Origin: an uncultured bacterium
Lineage (GTDB): Bacteria > CSSED10-310 > CAZUFC01
Reading direction: 5' to 3'
Length of the DNA stretch: 17,952 bases
Assembly (NCBI GenBank): GCA_964619725.1
Contig: CAZUFC010000152.1
Location: forward strand, 1 to 17,952
The translations under genes were made by a program, and so were the position numbers. Below, piece after piece: positions 15,216 to 17,952 of the stretch. How positions within the stretch are numbered: position 1 is the first letter of the stretch; the number at the start of each line of letters is the position of its first letter. The notes under the pieces are model-generated. The model ran no database searches. It was not told where the DNA came from and saw nothing but the letters and a program-made list of their open reading frames with translations.

Positions 15216-15737
15216 TCAATCCTCCACGCAACAATCAGAGCAATCGCAATCGCCGCAGCCGCATGGATTGTTGGCTTGTTTATAGATGAAGCCAAGCAAA
15301 TCAGGATGCGAATTGCTGTAGGAGCCGGAATGGACGACGCACCATCCCCAGGGACCTTCCCATCCCATTTCCGTCACTCCGAATGAACCTCCTGCTACGG
15401 ATTCTACGTATGCCACGTGGCCGTATGGCGGGTAGAAACTTGATGCGAAGACGGCTATTGATTCGACCTGGGGAGATGATCCTGTGGGAAAATTGTCTTC
15501 TATCGCTTCATTCAGCCAGTTGCATGCGTTTCCCCAGCTTTCGTCAGGCAGGTCGGGTCGTTTGTAGCTGCACCACCATGTGCAGTTGCCGCCTGAGCAG
15601 GGATATGGATTTCCGGGATCATAGTAGCCGCAGCATGTGTCTACTTTGGGTCCTAAATCTTTCTGCGTTTCCTGAGTCTCGGCTTTTGAAACTATCAACA
15701 ATAATGCAATCATTATTAAAAAGAAAACATATCGCAT
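15216..15737 (-). CDS. Secreted CHAP-domain peptidoglycan amidase/peptidase with Cys-rich tail
   Basis: GNCTWWC, WGNACNW, YGHVAYVESV (Cys/His dyad); signal peptide MRYVFFLIMIALLLIVSKA. ATG 15737 follows the upstream stop by 2 nt. Confidence 0.9.
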   Translation of the reverse strand: MRYVFFLIMIALLLIVSKAETQETQKDLGPKVDTCCGYYDPGNPYPCSGGNCTWWCSYKRPDLPDESWGNACNWLNEAIEDNFPTGSSPQVESIAVFASSFYPPYGHVAYVESVAGGSFGVTEMGWEGPWGWCVVHSGSYSNSHPDLLGFIYKQANNPCGCGDCDCSDCCVED

Positions 15738-15739
15738 CC

Positions 15740-17806
15740 TCACCGCCTCCAAACCAAAACTTCAATCAAGCCTTCGCCTTTGGCCCAGGGTTCCAGCGCT
15801 TTGGCAATTATGGTTCCCGGCGTGTCGTTTTCGTCTGAGACGTATTTCATGGCATAGCCGCAGAGGTTTGATGATGTGAGCAAATCGCCTGCTTCTATGG
15901 GGCCGTTGCATGCGGTTACTTTGCAGTGTAGTATGCCGGCCAGGGAGAGGGGGATATCATTGTTTTTTTCTTTTGATTCTCCTATGACCAGTTTTGCGGT
16001 TCCTGAGGCTATGCCGGCTACCTGCGGGCAATAGGCCTGATCGCAGATTTTGAATCCCTGGCTTTTCCCGTCGATGGCTATGACGTCGCCTGGCTCTACT
16101 GTTTCGGTATATCGGACGGCTTCGGCCAGGTCTCCTAATTTGCCGCCGCAGTGGACTTTTTCCGATATCCACAGGGAATGCCAGCGATTGGCGCTGTTGC
16201 CTAATTTGAGACTGCTGTTGGGCAGCAGGTGGTCGTTGACTATTACGTTGTTCAACGCGGAGTTTCCGATCCATACTTTGTTGTTGCTGTCTACGCCCAG
16301 AATTCCTTTCAATGTTCCTGATGTGTTTTTGAATCTTATTGATCTGTTGTTGAGCAGTTTAACGTCGCCGTCGACCAGAAGATCGTCCGTTCCCGGATCA
16401 GACGTTCCGCCGACGTGGATGCCGCCGAGGGCGCACAGGTAGTCATTTACTCGCACATCCCCTGCCACGTAAAGCTGCCAGTTTCCGGGATTCGTCGTTC
16501 CGATGCCTATATCGCCGTCTTGTTGAATGCGCATGGCATCCCTGATCGTACCGTTATTTGACTTGAATGTTAAATTTCCCGATGCCCCTTCAATAAAGGC
16601 ATGCCTGGTCGCGTTTCCTACAGCAATTAATGCGCTGTTTGAGCTCGATCCTCTATGAACGGTTAATGTCGGATTGCTGGTCCCTCCTACACTGGACGGT
16701 TGTACTATAAAAGCTCCGTCGCTCCAGCTCTTTACATATAATCCATAATGATCATTGCCTGTCTGAGTTTGTTCAATATGCAACTTGTATTGCGGATTGT
16801 TTGTTCCTATTCCGACACAGCCATTATGTCTTATCTGAAATAATGGATCAGTAACATTGTTTCCTGAAAATATCCTGAATCCCCGTGCACTTTGATCATC
16901 AGCATACAAATAAAAAGAATTATCCGTATTTCCTATCTCTAAAGACGCTCCAAAACTGCTGCTGGCCCTCGACAATGCTAAAGTCGGATATTCAGGCTCA
17001 AAATCATTTCTTGAGCCTAATGACGAAGGTTGAATTATTTTTACTCCATCGCTGAAACTATAAATCCTTAATCCGAAATTGTCGTCCTCTGTTCCATATT
17101 GATATATATCAAGTTTTCGATTTGATTTTGCAGCACTTCCTATACCTACATTTCCGTCATCAAAATATATACCTGACTCATTCTGCTGCCAAAAACCTCC
17201 GCCTGACGGTCCGGTAGGTCCCATCGGTCCCGTATCGCCCTGCGGCCCCGTCGGTCCGGTCAATCCTGATGCATCGCCTACCCATTGTCCTTCTTCATTG
17301 ATCACCATGCCTCTGGTATAACCTGTTATGCTTACGCTTCTGGGGTGAATTTCTTTGTCGTATACATCTTCCGCCTGCTTTGTTTTCATTGAATAGCCTA
17401 CTGAAACGATTCTCTGATCGGGGACCAGCAGTTGAAAATCGTTTATTCCGTCGTTGAACCATATTCTTAAATATAACTCTTCATTTTCGAACAGGGAATG
17501 AGGAACGGGAACCATGTCCTGTTCACGTCCTAAAATGACGTTGTATGAACCCTCGGTTACCGGGAGCTCGATCACGGCGACAGGTTCCTCGACTGGAGGT
17601 TCATTGTCGTCGTTGGACCACAGATAGTGTCCCTCGCCGTCAACAACGGCAAATTTGAACTGGCCGGTTCCGGTAAAAGGTTCTTCGCCGACATATACGT
17701 TGCCTTGATAGTTTATCATGCCGGGAACTGCCGATACATCATTTACAGTTAATAAAATCAGTAATGCTGAAAAAACGATAAAAACTCGAAAACACCTTGC
17801 GTCCAT
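15740..17806 (-). CDS. Secreted phage-fibre-like protein with collagen segment, GxVGIG repeats and a C-terminal intramolecular-chaperone-like (peptidase G2-type) domain
   Basis: Signal peptide then VPGMINYQG; seven Gly-X-Y triplets at aa 181-201; GNVGIG/GCVGIGT/GDIGIGT; DLAE...EPGDV...GPIEAGDLLTSS...GYAMK...GTIIAKALE. SD AAGGAGG. Confidence 0.85.
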   Translation of the reverse strand: MDARCFRVFIVFSALLILLTVNDVSAVPGMINYQGNVYVGEEPFTGTGQFKFAVVDGEGHYLWSNDDNEPPVEEPVAVIELPVTEGSYNVILGREQDMVPVPHSLFENEELYLRIWFNDGINDFQLLVPDQRIVSVGYSMKTKQAEDVYDKEIHPRSVSITGYTRGMVINEEGQWVGDASGLTGPTGPQGDTGPMGPTGPSGGGFWQQNESGIYFDDGNVGIGSAAKSNRKLDIYQYGTEDDNFGLRIYSFSDGVKIIQPSSLGSRNDFEPEYPTLALSRASSSFGASLEIGNTDNSFYLYADDQSARGFRIFSGNNVTDPLFQIRHNGCVGIGTNNPQYKLHIEQTQTGNDHYGLYVKSWSDGAFIVQPSSVGGTSNPTLTVHRGSSSNSALIAVGNATRHAFIEGASGNLTFKSNNGTIRDAMRIQQDGDIGIGTTNPGNWQLYVAGDVRVNDYLCALGGIHVGGTSDPGTDDLLVDGDVKLLNNRSIRFKNTSGTLKGILGVDSNNKVWIGNSALNNVIVNDHLLPNSSLKLGNSANRWHSLWISEKVHCGGKLGDLAEAVRYTETVEPGDVIAIDGKSQGFKICDQAYCPQVAGIASGTAKLVIGESKEKNNDIPLSLAGILHCKVTACNGPIEAGDLLTSSNLCGYAMKYVSDENDTPGTIIAKALEPWAKGEGLIEVLVWRR

Positions 17807-17853
17807 CCAAATGCCTCCTTGAATTTTGAAATTTCCGTTTAATTTTCTTTATT

Positions 17854-17882
17854 TTTATATCAGAAGCGATTGAGTACGTCAA
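17854..17882 (-). promoter_or_regulatory. sigma70 promoter of the fibre-CHAP operon
   Basis: TTGACG-17 nt-TATAAA with extended TG. Confidence 0.65.
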
Positions 17883-17952
17883 GGGTTAAATATCATCCGA
17901 GCTTTTTCCGCTGTGCAGGATTTTGGAGAAAAATTTTTCCAAGTATTCCAAT

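Noticed and set aside
15046-15218. TGA read-through or recoding after the CHAP gene (frame stays open ~55 codons)
   Set aside because: higB, the ATPase, the fibre gene and the 991 aa gene all end normally at TGA, and the extension has no recognisable motif.

Overview
Accessory, partly decayed region of a bacterial genome using the standard genetic code. It encodes a truncated calcineurin-like metallophosphoesterase (left edge, missed by the ORF track), a higBA toxin-antitoxin pair, and two very large secreted/surface proteins (991 aa Pro/Thr-stalked; 1732 aa double FG-GAP propeller + beta-helix with a C-terminal membrane sorting signal). It also encodes an AAA_14/DUF4143-type ATPase, a broken integron (internally deleted intI, attI-like site, GIY-YIG-like first cassette, IS21-like end), and an operon of a secreted phage-fibre-like protein plus a CHAP hydrolase. 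Two unannotated non-coding families stand out. (A) A ~200 bp MITE with three full copies, each with its own 6-bp target duplication; one splits a YgiT-type zinc-finger gene and excises in frame. (B) A three-copy diverged module: AGTTC-N-GAACT palindrome, IHF-like site and sigma54-type promoter, followed by a ~150 nt long hairpin with compensatory changes. B is the best candidate for an undescribed system (paralogous sigma54-driven structured RNAs or leaders). All alignments and folds were done by eye; no searches were run.
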